IMG/VR virus record: IMGVR_UViG_3300046382_000038
Coordinates: 1 to 60,984 of that record
DNA length: 60,984 nt
Origin: a virus
Taxonomy: Duplodnaviria > Caudoviricetes
Strand: one strand, 5' to 3'
In this document: in pieces, positions 19,630 to 28,168 of the stretch
Numbering within the stretch: position 1 is the first letter of the stretch
Layout: the number at the start of each line of letters is the position of its first letter
The notes under the pieces: generated by a model
Told to the model about the DNA's origin: nothing
Seen by the model: the letters and a program-made list of their open reading frames with translations, nothing else
Database searches by the model: none
Translations under genes and position numbers: made by a program

Positions 19630-20606
19630 GCGACCAACCACAGCTAACCCCGGAGCAGGCGCTTGAACGAATCGTGGCGTGGGAGGAGGCCGAGCGGCCC
19701 CACAAGAACATCCCGCTGCTGGACTGCGCGGAACTGGCGCAGCACGCCCTCGCTGCTCGTTCTGACGGGACAACCCCCGACGAGTGTGGCACGAGGATTC
19801 CCTATGGAGCGGGGTTCTTGGCCTGTCAGCGAGAGGTCGGGCATACAGGCGATCACCACGCGGGCGCACCGGGAACATGCGAGCCGATCACCGCCCCTGC
19901 CGTCGAGGCACGAGAGGACGACGGCCTGGCGCTTCAGATCGCCTGCGACGGCTTGCGGGAGATCGCCAAGGCTCGTGGTCAGATAGGAGGCTACGCGGCC
20001 TCCGTGCTCAGCGAGATTGAGGATTCGGGTACTTCGTTGCCTGTCTCTCCTGCTCCTGTCGAGACGCCAGACTCGATGGAATGGTTTTGGTGCTCGCACG
20101 GTGGCCGCGAGTCAGACTACTTTCACTCGATTGAGGAGGCATTTGCGAACGTCCCGGTACCCGGACCACATCCGCATATCCTTCGTCGCCAGAAGGCTGG
20201 GTTATCAGGTGATCTTTCAAGCGAGAACGTTCTTACAATTCCACCTACTCCAGAGGCGACAGAGGCACTACGAGAGGCGGTCGAACAGGCACTCACGATG
20301 ATCGGCGCTATCCGCATCGGAGCCGAAGGACGCTACCCCGGCACCGTGCAGGGGATGGACGAACTCATGGCGATACTCACCCCACCGCTCGACGCTCTGG
20401 CTTGTTTACCGCCTGTCGAGGAAGCGCGAGCGACCACCAACATCATTCATTTTCCACCTTCTAAACAGCGACCTGATGGCGAATGGGTTGGTCCATTTCC
20501 CGACCTGGGATCAGCAGTCAAATATGCACATAAGCACGAAGACCCACAGTGCGAGCGTGCCAACGAGATTATCTTGCTTGAGCCACCTGTCGAGAATGAA
20601 CTCTGA
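19626..20606 (+). CDS. Mosaic hypothetical protein
   Basis: 326 aa; ATGA coupling; small C-x12-C...GHTGDH metal-binding module. Confidence 0.55.
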   Translation: MSDQPQLTPEQALERIVAWEEAERPHKNIPLLDCAELAQHALAARSDGTTPDECGTRIPYGAGFLACQREVGHTGDHHAGAPGTCEPITAPAVEAREDDGLALQIACDGLREIAKARGQIGGYAASVLSEIEDSGTSLPVSPAPVETPDSMEWFWCSHGGRESDYFHSIEEAFANVPVPGPHPHILRRQKAGLSGDLSSENVLTIPPTPEATEALREAVEQALTMIGAIRIGAEGRYPGTVQGMDELMAILTPPLDALACLPPVEEARATTNIIHFPPSKQRPDGEWVGPFPDLGSAVKYAHKHEDPQCERANEIILLEPPVENEL

Positions 20607-20823
20607 GGAACTGCGAAAAAGGCTTCTTGTTGAGGCTGACTATAAAGATCGTCTTGCTGATGATTTGGAGCGAGCAGGAGCTTGGCAGGCAGACTTAATG
20701 CGGGCTAAGGTTAAGGAGATACGAGGGGCTAACGAACTTCGCAAAGGTCCCAAGGACCGTCGTGCCCGTACAGATAAGGGTCGTCTTAGTGACGCGCCAG
20801 AGCGAACAAAAAGGATTACCTAA
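20596..20823 (+). CDS. Small hypothetical protein
   Basis: MNSEELRKR...; coupled to neighbours. Confidence 0.5.
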   Translation: MNSEELRKRLLVEADYKDRLADDLERAGAWQADLMRAKVKEIRGANELRKGPKDRRARTDKGRLSDAPERTKRIT

Positions 20824-21008
20824 TGGTTAAGAAGGTTGCCCTTAAAGTCTGTCCTGAACCTAAATGCCCCGTAGTGGGGAGTGGAAATGGGGAGAACGAA
20901 TGCCCTTACCATCATCGCAAAATGGTTAGGCGTGTCTATGAGGCTCAAGGCCTCCTGGCTGATATTTCCGAACTCGCCAATGACATTCGTAAAGCCTTCA
21001 GTACTTAA
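20823..21008 (+). CDS. Small zinc-ribbon protein
   Basis: CPEPKC...CPYHH; TAATG coupling. Confidence 0.5.
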   Translation: MVKKVALKVCPEPKCPVVGSGNGENECPYHHRKMVRRVYEAQGLLADISELANDIRKAFST

Positions 21009-21011
21009 CAA

Positions 21012-21209
21012 ATGCTAACGACAATTTTTATTATAATATTCGTATTTTGTGGGGTGTTTATAATACTGGCAGAAGGTTCTGCCAGCAAACAAGCCAACCT
21101 CCCCCACGCGAACACCGATCTTCGGAAGGCCCAATATATTGCCGACCCCGAAGTTGAGCGTGTTAAGCGTCTCCGTTCGCATTCAACTGCAACTGGCGAA
21201 CAGGGATGA
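21012..21209 (+). CDS. Small membrane protein
   Basis: N-terminal hydrophobic helix. Confidence 0.5.
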   Translation: MLTTIFIIIFVFCGVFIILAEGSASKQANLPHANTDLRKAQYIADPEVERVKRLRSHSTATGEQG

Positions 21210-21382
21210 CCCTCCATGCCTTCACGCTCTGGACCTACATTCGCCATCTCTTCTTTGACGGCCTTGGGGATGCGGGCGGATACTACGCCGCGACTTTCTG
21301 CGTCCATCGCTGGCATCGTGTTGCTATCGCCATCATGTGCGGTCTGCTGACTACCCTAGCTCTCGTGATCTTGGTGGGATAA
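21206..21382 (+). CDS. 58-aa membrane protein (below ORF-track cutoff)
   Basis: MTLHAFTLW...LALVILVG; ATGA and TAATG overlaps fill the gap exactly. Confidence 0.55.
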   Translation: MTLHAFTLWTYIRHLFFDGLGDAGGYYAATFCVHRWHRVAIAIMCGLLTTLALVILVG

Positions 21383-21735
21383 TGAGCGACGTTCAATATA
21401 GGAATAAAGAATATTTAGTCGAGATCGACCTCGGCAACATCATATGGGATCTGGACGGTTTGTCCCTAGATAAGGCTTTTGCGTTACTCACCGAGATGGC
21501 GAGGGGCTACAAGAATCCCCGTTTGGTTGAGGAGTCGGGCTACGAGCATAACTATCTTAATCTAGTGGTGGATCGAAATGCCACTGAGGATGAGATCGAT
21601 AAATACAAGAAAAAGCGCAAAAAGGATAAGGAAGCCAAAACTCGCAAAAGAGAAGAAGAAAAGCAGAAGGGTATCGAAAAAGACGAAGCCGAAATCGAGC
21701 GTCTACGCGAGACCTATCCAGAGAGGTTTAAGTAA
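21382..21735 (+). CDS. Hypothetical protein with Lys/Glu-rich C-terminus
   Basis: Start reassigned to ATG 21382 (TAATG coupling). Confidence 0.55.
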   Translation: MSDVQYRNKEYLVEIDLGNIIWDLDGLSLDKAFALLTEMARGYKNPRLVEESGYEHNYLNLVVDRNATEDEIDKYKKKRKKDKEAKTRKREEEKQKGIEKDEAEIERLRETYPERFK

Positions 21736-22367
21736 TGCATAGTATAATTACATGGCTAGAACACCCTCTCTTTCTGCTTTACAACGATCATGTAAGCGTG
21801 GCGGAGCTATTGGGCTTTATTACAGGGATCTGGTGCGTATACCTCACTGTTAAGATCAGCATCTGGAACTTCCCTATCGGGCTAGCCAACAATCTCTTTT
21901 TCTTGTTCATCTTTGCCGAGGCTGGGCTGTTCGCAGATAGCGCCCTTCAGGTCGTCTACATCGTCGTGACGGCATTTGGCTGGTGGGCTTGGCTTAAGCT
22001 GGGTCCAGGTAAAACCGAACTGGACGTGACGAATTCTCCTAAGGCTCTGCTGTGGGGCCTGGTGGGAGCAGTCGCAGCTACAGCTATCATGCTGCCAGTG
22101 CTGCGCTCTATCCACGATACGGCTCCGTTCTGGGATGCCGCTACTACCGGCCTCAGCCTCAGTGCCCAGACTTTGCTTTCGCTTAAGAAGCTCCAGAACT
22201 GGTGGCTATGGATGATGGCCGATGTCATTTACATTCCTCTCTATGTGGTCAAGGGCCTCGCTCTGACCTCAGGGGTTTATGTGGTATTCCTAGCCCTCTG
22301 CTTTGCTGGCTATAAACAGTGGCGTGCTGCCTGTCCATCCGAGGAAGTGAGTTACGCTTATGCGTAG
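21735..22367 (+). CDS. pnuC: Nicotinamide riboside transporter PnuC
   Basis: Multi-TM; IWNFPIG, GWWAW, PFWDA, QNWWLW...DVIYIPLY motifs; adjacent to nadR. Confidence 0.9.
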   Translation: MHSIITWLEHPLFLLYNDHVSVAELLGFITGIWCVYLTVKISIWNFPIGLANNLFFLFIFAEAGLFADSALQVVYIVVTAFGWWAWLKLGPGKTELDVTNSPKALLWGLVGAVAATAIMLPVLRSIHDTAPFWDAATTGLSLSAQTLLSLKKLQNWWLWMMADVIYIPLYVVKGLALTSGVYVVFLALCFAGYKQWRAACPSEEVSYAYA

Positions 22368-23388
22368 AGGGCTTGTATTGGGGAAGTTCTATCCCCTCCA
22401 CCAAGGGCATGTTATGCTCATCAAGCACGCCAGGGAACATTGCGATGAGTTAATCGTCCTTGTGGGCGGCTCAATTACCGAGAGCATCCCCCTGGAAGAG
22501 CGGGCTAAATGGGTCAAGATGCTATTCCCAGACGTGAAGGTGGTCTCCGTCTGGGATGAGATTCCAGATGATTTCCATGACGATGATATTTGGAATAAAC
22601 ATATAGAGCTATTTAAGGGAGCCGTTGGTGCCGTCGATGTTATCTTCTCCTCGGAGGCCTATGGGGAGGAGTTAGCTCATCGCTGGGGGGCTCGGCATGC
22701 CCTATATGACGAGAGCAGAAGAGGAAGCCCTATCTCTGCCTCTATGATTCGAGAAGATACCTCCAGGTATTGGAATTACCTCTCTCGGCCAGCAGCAACC
22801 TATCTCACCAAGCGGATCGTGATTGTTGGGGCCGAATCAACGGGTACCTCGACGTTGGCCATGGATCTCCTTCCCCATTTGGACGCTCAGTGGGTTCCCG
22901 AGTATGGACGTAGATACGTGGAAGAGGAACGCAATGAGATCCCCTGGGAGGATGATGATTTTCTACGTATTGCCGTTCGCCAGCAACGTCTAGAGGATGA
23001 AAGCGCCCAGGTGGGAAGTCGTTATACCATTTGCGACACTAATGCGTTTGCTACCAAAATCTGGCAGGAGCGCTATATGGGCCATGCTTCCGAGGACGTG
23101 CAATGGATTGCGCGTAGTTGCAAGGCCGACCTATACATCCTCACCGATGAGCGAGGGGTTCCCTTCGACCAGGACGGTACGCGAGACGGAGGAAAGACCA
23201 TCCGTAGATGGATGAACCGGGAGTTCCGTGAACAGCTTGAGCATTACGGGCTCCCTTGGGTGGAAGTTAGCGGTTCGCCCGAGATGCGCGTTATTCAAGC
23301 GCTTGTTCACATTAAAGAGGAGCAATGGAGGTTTGCCCCTCCGTTGACGAGAGAGGGATCTTGGCGACCCCTCTCCCAGAACGTTTAA
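22360..23388 (+). CDS. nadR: NadR-type bifunctional NMN adenylyltransferase / ribosylnicotinamide kinase
   Basis: GKFYPLHQGH (HxGH), SSEAYG, ISASMIR; P-loop GAESTGTST; EYGR; CDT; DGTRD; no HTH domain. Confidence 0.9.
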   Translation: MRRGLVLGKFYPLHQGHVMLIKHAREHCDELIVLVGGSITESIPLEERAKWVKMLFPDVKVVSVWDEIPDDFHDDDIWNKHIELFKGAVGAVDVIFSSEAYGEELAHRWGARHALYDESRRGSPISASMIREDTSRYWNYLSRPAATYLTKRIVIVGAESTGTSTLAMDLLPHLDAQWVPEYGRRYVEEERNEIPWEDDDFLRIAVRQQRLEDESAQVGSRYTICDTNAFATKIWQERYMGHASEDVQWIARSCKADLYILTDERGVPFDQDGTRDGGKTIRRWMNREFREQLEHYGLPWVEVSGSPEMRVIQALVHIKEEQWRFAPPLTREGSWRPLSQNV

Positions 23389-23392
23389 ACGA

Positions 23393-23791
23393 CTACTTAC
23401 TTTCCTTAGCGGCTGGCTTAGATTCCTCAACCGGCTCTGGCTCCTCGGTCGGAGCCTCCTCTACTGGCTCCTCCTCAGGCTCCTCGGCAGGCTCCTCGGG
23501 AGTCTCCTCCTTTGGCTCCTCCTTAGCTTTTGCGCCAGTTACGGACTTCTCGTCCGTGCCTGGATAGACGAAGCCTACGGCCGCGTCGTGCTGTACGTCC
23601 TCTACTCCATCCGGATGGGGATCTGGGGCCAGGTCAGTTAGTCCTAGCCTAACCTCAGCCTCATGGACTAGGCGCTCGGCTCGGTTAACTACATCCTTGG
23701 CCGTCTCGTTGAAATCAGAGAAGATACCGGGGGCGTTCTTGATGCGCTCAAGATACTCCTCCTGGGTCTCCCCCTTTGTGTTATCTGACAT
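23393..23791 (-). CDS. Acidic Pro/Glu-rich hypothetical late protein
   Basis: RBS AGGAGA; EEP repeats. Confidence 0.6.
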   Translation of the reverse strand: MSDNTKGETQEEYLERIKNAPGIFSDFNETAKDVVNRAERLVHEAEVRLGLTDLAPDPHPDGVEDVQHDAAVGFVYPGTDEKSVTGAKAKEEPKEETPEEPAEEPEEEPVEEAPTEEPEPVEESKPAAKESK

Positions 23792-23825
23792 ATGTCTCCT
23801 AAGTTTGGGTGAATCGATTCTCTAT

Positions 23826-24116
23826 TTAAGAGCCCGAAAGGTCGCAGACTACTGTACCGTCAGGAAGGGTTTGCGTTTTCTCTGCAAATTCCCGGCGATA
23901 CTGCAAATAGTCTGCTGCCAAATCTTGTCTCTTAGATCTCCTTACCCCTTCGGGGGTAATTAGAGGAGAAATTGGCGGGGTAATGTCTATACACGTCGGT
24001 GCCGCATAAGGAACATGTGCCTTCTCTCGCGCCTCCATATTGCTAAGGCTTTCTCGCATGCCCTCGACGGCCTTGCGCTTATATAAATATGCCTTAACCG
24101 CTGTAATTGGTCCCAT
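23826..24116 (-). CDS. Hypothetical protein
   Basis: 96 aa in a tightly packed minus-strand run. Confidence 0.5.
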   Translation of the reverse strand: MGPITAVKAYLYKRKAVEGMRESLSNMEAREKAHVPYAAPTCIDITPPISPLITPEGVRRSKRQDLAADYLQYRREFAEKTQTLPDGTVVCDLSGS

Positions 24117-24119
24117 GAT

Positions 24120-24509
24120 TTACCTCTGCCGTAAAGTCCTACTTCCCTTATAAAAATAAGGGAACTGATAATTGGCTGCCCTAAGGTCGGCCCACAAGAA
24201 AGGGTCAGTGGTAACGCGCTCCCTTTTAAGAGCTAGGATTGCGCCATCCCTTTCTGCCTCCAACTCGCCTTCTTCGTTTGTCCAGTGGCGAATTATCGCA
24301 GAATCGTTTAGAGGAAGAGCGGTACTTCCTGGACCCAAAGCTCCGTCCCAAAAGACAGCCATATCTTCTACAGCCTGCTTTTTTCGGGTTTCATTTTCAT
24401 CGCGAATCTTGGAGTTAATCGCCTCTTCGAGACCCCCTCGATCAATCGTTTTGAAAATCGGCCTTTTAATATACCCATAATGGCCGAGGATCTTATCAAT
24501 AAGAGACAT
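24120..24509 (-). CDS. Hypothetical protein
   Basis: 129 aa in a tightly packed minus-strand run. Confidence 0.5.
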   Translation of the reverse strand: MSLIDKILGHYGYIKRPIFKTIDRGGLEEAINSKIRDENETRKKQAVEDMAVFWDGALGPGSTALPLNDSAIIRHWTNEEGELEAERDGAILALKRERVTTDPFLWADLRAANYQFPYFYKGSRTLRQR

Positions 24510-24511
24510 GA

Positions 24512-25453
24512 TTATCCCTTCTGGACAGGATCGACCGTTACGGCCAGGATGCCCGCTGAGCTTGGCCCCTCTGCGCCCTTGCGCCTCGCAATATCATCTG
24601 CGATCTTTGCCTGAGCGTTTTTGTCAGGAAAGCCACTTGAGATGATGGCTGGGTTTCCTCCCGTAGGCACGAACTGCTTGATCTGCTCAGGTCGAAGGAC
24701 ACCTCCGGAGGTCTGACCGACTCCCCATTTGGCGTTCTCGTGCTGGGATCCCAGATTGGGATCAACGTAGCCTACTACTACCCCCTGGCTGCCGAACTCC
24801 GCTTCTACCTTAAGGGCGTCGGGGCCATAGGCCTCGCCCTTCTCGTTGGTAAGCACAGCGAACGGGGTATGGGTCCGGGTCATGTTCTTGGTCTGCTTGG
24901 AGATGATGGCATGAGCATCGCCTTCGCCAATGATGGCAATGAGACCTAGTTCTACGTTTACCTGAAGATTTGGATCCTTCAAGTCATCGCCATCTAGGGG
25001 ACAGAGATCCCCGCGCTGACCTCGGGCTTTAAGCTCGATTCTCCTGCCCTTGTCGTCCCCTTTGCCCTGGAAGCGTAGGGAGAACGGAGCGTTGTAGAGG
25101 TTGTAAACCCACTTACGCTCGCTCTGGTTGCCCTTCTCGATGTCTTTCTGCTGCTGATCCTGAGCGGCTTTAATGGCCTCTTGCTGTTTAGCCTCAATCT
25201 CCTTGGCAGCAGCAACAATTGCCTCCACCTCTTGCTTGAGGCTAGGAGGAACTTCTAGCCCAGCACTAGTGAGCGTCACGTAGGCGTTGATCTTCGCCTG
25301 TCGCTGCTCATCCGTTAGCTCTGTGGCCAGGTAATTAGCGGCCTCCTCAAGAGGGGCCTGCGGTGTCTCTGCAACTGTCTCGGCCTTCGGGGCACGGGAA
25401 GCTTTCGCTTTGGTTTTGCGCGATTTAGTCGCAGCTTTACGGGTGGTTGTCAT
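24512..25453 (-). CDS. Probable virion (head-associated) protein
   Basis: 313 aa; basic N-terminus; downstream of capsid genes; late motif upstream. Confidence 0.5.
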   Translation of the reverse strand: MTTTRKAATKSRKTKAKASRAPKAETVAETPQAPLEEAANYLATELTDEQRQAKINAYVTLTSAGLEVPPSLKQEVEAIVAAAKEIEAKQQEAIKAAQDQQQKDIEKGNQSERKWVYNLYNAPFSLRFQGKGDDKGRRIELKARGQRGDLCPLDGDDLKDPNLQVNVELGLIAIIGEGDAHAIISKQTKNMTRTHTPFAVLTNEKGEAYGPDALKVEAEFGSQGVVVGYVDPNLGSQHENAKWGVGQTSGGVLRPEQIKQFVPTGGNPAIISSGFPDKNAQAKIADDIARRKGAEGPSSAGILAVTVDPVQKG

Positions 25454-25572
25454 TGCATCCCTTCGTGTCTGTATGTGTACTTAACTGAACTACTAATACT
25501 GCTTGTCGCTTATTAATGGGATGGTGCTCGGGCTGAATATAGGAAGGACAATCGAAAGGAAACTTGTAACAA

Positions 25573-25734
25573 ATGTCCATAATTCAGCTTCTTTTGGCCA
25601 TCGCAGGAATTGTTCTCGTGATCTTCGGCGTTATCGATTTGGTAAATGCCGCTTACGTTGCCGGGGCGATTCTGACCGTTGTGGGGGTAATTCTGTTGTC
25701 CCTCAGTAGGGGCGGCCTCAACCTAACTCTCTAA
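25573..25734 (+). CDS. 53-aa two-TM membrane protein (holin-like candidate)
   Basis: MSIIQLLLAIAGIVLVIFGVIDLVNAAYVAGAILTVVGVILLSLSRGGLNLTL; AAAGGA upstream; TAATG coupling to the peptidase. Confidence 0.55.
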   Translation: MSIIQLLLAIAGIVLVIFGVIDLVNAAYVAGAILTVVGVILLSLSRGGLNLTL

Positions 25735-26510
25735 TGACACTTAAGCTCGGAAATAATTTCTCAAAGCCCGACAGCCGGGATCTCCAGTACGAGAACTACA
25801 GGTCGGCTAAGACGGCCGTTCTCGTGCCCGAAGTCTTTGGACACGGAAACACCTTCAAAGATTGGGGGATGCTCGGAAACGACCAGTATGGCGACTGCGT
25901 ATTCGCAGGTGCCGATCACGAGCAGATGCTGATTGCAAACCTTGCTCTCCCTGGAGCCCCCGTAGGGGTTGAACCCGTTAAATTCACGCCAGAAAATGCA
26001 CTAGCCGATTATGGTGCCGTAACTGGTTTCGATCCTCAGACGGGAGAAGGAGACAACGGAACGGATCCACGCGAATCCTTTAAGTACCGACAGAAGACTG
26101 GGTTGATTGATGCTAGCGGCAAGCGGCATAAGATTGCCGCCTATGTCAGCATTCCGGTCACGAACATAGCGGCCGTTATCGAAGCTACCTTTATCTTCGA
26201 TGCGGTCGGAATTGGATTTGAATTCCCTGGCAGCGCTATGGAACAGTTCAACAACGGCGAACCTTGGGCCGTCGTTAAGGGAGCCCAGATCGAAGGTGGC
26301 CATTACGTCCCAATTGTTGGTAAACCCAGCAAGGGGAATCTAGCCATCGTCACTTGGGCTAAGCGCCAGGTAATGACAGAAGCCTTCTACAAGAAGTACA
26401 CGGTAGAAGCTTGGGCCTTCATCACCCAGGAGTCTCTTAACGCCAAGACCCAGCGTAACTGGGGCGGATACAACTGGGAAGAACTGCAAAAGGACTTGCA
26501 GAAAGTGTAG
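25734..26510 (+). CDS. Papain-like cysteine peptidase
   Basis: PDSRD...NDQYGDCVFA (Cys)...GGHYV (His)...VTWA, papain-fold order of motifs. Confidence 0.7.
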   Translation: MTLKLGNNFSKPDSRDLQYENYRSAKTAVLVPEVFGHGNTFKDWGMLGNDQYGDCVFAGADHEQMLIANLALPGAPVGVEPVKFTPENALADYGAVTGFDPQTGEGDNGTDPRESFKYRQKTGLIDASGKRHKIAAYVSIPVTNIAAVIEATFIFDAVGIGFEFPGSAMEQFNNGEPWAVVKGAQIEGGHYVPIVGKPSKGNLAIVTWAKRQVMTEAFYKKYTVEAWAFITQESLNAKTQRNWGGYNWEELQKDLQKV

Positions 26511-26549
26511 CTAGGAAGCTGCTAAGCTATCATCACGGATGATGTTCAG

Positions 26550-26577
26550 GAAGGCCCCTTCGGGGGCCTTCTTCTTT
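26550..26577 (+). terminator. Intrinsic terminator
   Basis: GAAGGCCCC-TTCG-GGGGCCTTC then TTCTTT. Confidence 0.75.
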
Positions 26578-26606
26578 ATCAACCATAACGAAAGGAGTGG
26601 AGAGCA

Positions 26607-27122
26607 ATCCCACTTATTGCGAAAACCCTGATAAGTCTAGCAATAGTAGTACCAGTACATCACAATAACCAGCACCATCAGCACCACATAAGAGGGTGCA
26701 GGACCCACGCCTGTGATGTCCGAGTAGGACGCGCGTGGGCAAAGAAGCACCCCAAAGTCCATTGGACCACAGTAGGGGCCTCCATCTATGGAGAACCTTG
26801 CGAGTCGGGCTCCCAGGGCTATCGAGGATTCGACCTCAATGCTAGACCAGCAGTAGTCGGCATAGGAACCCTACCCGCTGGTTGGTCTTTTGCTGAGCTA
26901 AATATGGGCGAAGCATTAGGAGGTCTGCCCAACAGGACTCCGATAGCCATAGAATCCGTCTCTACGGGCCGCAAAACCATTATCGTTAAGAACGATATAG
27001 GGGGAGGGGGAGGATCCGTAGAAGGCTATACACGAGCCATCGATCTGTATGCTCCCGTGGCCAAATGGTTGGCTGGAGCGGATTGCAATTGGACGGGCCT
27101 AGTTCGATGGCATAGACTCTAG
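26607..27122 (+). CDS. RlpA-like double-psi beta-barrel cell-wall protein, probable ATC start
   Basis: Frame open from TAA 26586 with no ATG/GTG/TTG until 26904; AAAGGAG 9 nt before ATC 26607; ASIYG...KNDIG...RAIDL motifs. Confidence 0.6.
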   Translation: MPLIAKTLISLAIVVPVHHNNQHHQHHIRGCRTHACDVRVGRAWAKKHPKVHWTTVGASIYGEPCESGSQGYRGFDLNARPAVVGIGTLPAGWSFAELNMGEALGGLPNRTPIAIESVSTGRKTIIVKNDIGGGGGSVEGYTRAIDLYAPVAKWLAGADCNWTGLVRWHRL

Positions 27123-27124
27123 GC

Positions 27125-27153
27125 TTGACAAGCGCTAAGGACCCTGATAGTCT
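27125..27153 (+). promoter_or_regulatory. SigA-type promoter TTGACA-17-TAGTCT (leaderless)
   Basis: ATG 27161 lies 7 nt after the -10. Confidence 0.8.
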
Positions 27154-27160
27154 ATCCGCC

Positions 27161-28120
27161 ATGAACAAATCTACCCAGCGGAAAATCCGCGAAAAGAACG
27201 CAAAACCGAAGAAGGGCCGCATCAAGAAAGGTCACGGGGTAATCCGCTACAACAAGGCGGTGGATTCCTTTGAGACCCAGCCGTGGGAGCGTCGTACTCG
27301 CGAGCGCATGGAAATTGATATGCGGGAGATCTTCCTTCCCGCCTGCCAGCGCGAACAGCAGCCCGCTGCTGACAACATCGAGCAGGACTTTGATCCGGGG
27401 CTTCTAGACGCTCCCTTGGTCAATATCCGTAAACCTCTCGAAGGCTTGCTTCCGGGTACGAAGGCATACCAGTGGGAGTCGCAGCAGCCGCAGGATCGGA
27501 AGTACGCCCTAACGGATGGATATCAGCGCATCACTGCGTTGAGCCGTTTGGCCGAACAGGGCAAACATCCGTGGCGCATCATGGTGGACACCATTCAGGC
27601 GTCAGTGGAGTATGAAACCTGGGTGTTTCTCCACCAGGATAAGTTCGAGACCCGCATTACTCGGGGTCAGACGTACTCCTCGGCACTCGCAACGGATCAT
27701 CCCACGGTCTCTAAGATCGATGAGATTGTCCGTAGGAACGGCTTCTACGTTCCAAACAAGATCAGCCCGAAGAACGATGGAGACATTAAGGTCACCTCTT
27801 CGACTGGTCCCGAAGAGTGCTTTATGATCGATAACGAGGGGTTTGTGCTTGATCGTTCCCTTAAGATCATCCACAACTGCTGGTCCAGCTACCCCAAGGC
27901 CGGTCATCACGACATCATCAAGGGCGTTGGCGTCCTCGTTAAGAACTACGGAGGGAAGATCACTCCTGAGGTCGAAACGAACTGGCGCAACAACGTTCAG
28001 GTGGGCATGCTGCTGGAAGCTGCAAAAGAAGGCACCAGCCAGCCCGAACGTGCGAAGGCGGTCGCGGTGGTGCTGCGTAGGGCAGCCAAAATCACTAAGA
28101 AGCCAAGCGCTGGTTTTTAG
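27161..28120 (+). CDS. ParB/Srx N-terminal-like domain protein
   Basis: QRE...FDP...LVNIR...YALTDGYQRITAL (DGxxR box); start moved to 27161. Confidence 0.65.
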   Translation: MNKSTQRKIREKNAKPKKGRIKKGHGVIRYNKAVDSFETQPWERRTRERMEIDMREIFLPACQREQQPAADNIEQDFDPGLLDAPLVNIRKPLEGLLPGTKAYQWESQQPQDRKYALTDGYQRITALSRLAEQGKHPWRIMVDTIQASVEYETWVFLHQDKFETRITRGQTYSSALATDHPTVSKIDEIVRRNGFYVPNKISPKNDGDIKVTSSTGPEECFMIDNEGFVLDRSLKIIHNCWSSYPKAGHHDIIKGVGVLVKNYGGKITPEVETNWRNNVQVGMLLEAAKEGTSQPERAKAVAVVLRRAAKITKKPSAGF

Positions 28121-28126
28121 AAAATC

Positions 28127-28154
28127 GGGACCGGCCTTCGGGCCGGTCCCTCTT
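28127..28154 (+). terminator. Strong hairpin / probable terminator
   Basis: GGGACCGGCC-TTCG-GGCCGGTCCC; short U tail. Confidence 0.6.
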
Positions 28155-28168
28155 AACTTGGAGATCCC

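Noticed and set aside
21005-21316. Minus-strand 103-aa ORF with an RHH-like start
   Set aside because: The space is fully explained by coupled plus-strand ORFs 21012-21209 and 21206-21382
22825-22860. NadR Walker A Lys-to-Thr as a sign of pseudogenisation
   Set aside because: As I recall, GAESTGT variants occur in actinobacterial NadR homologs, and the other motifs are intact
23410-23525. Short GGCTCCTC-type nucleotide repeats
   Set aside because: They encode EEP repeats of the minus-strand protein; not a DNA element
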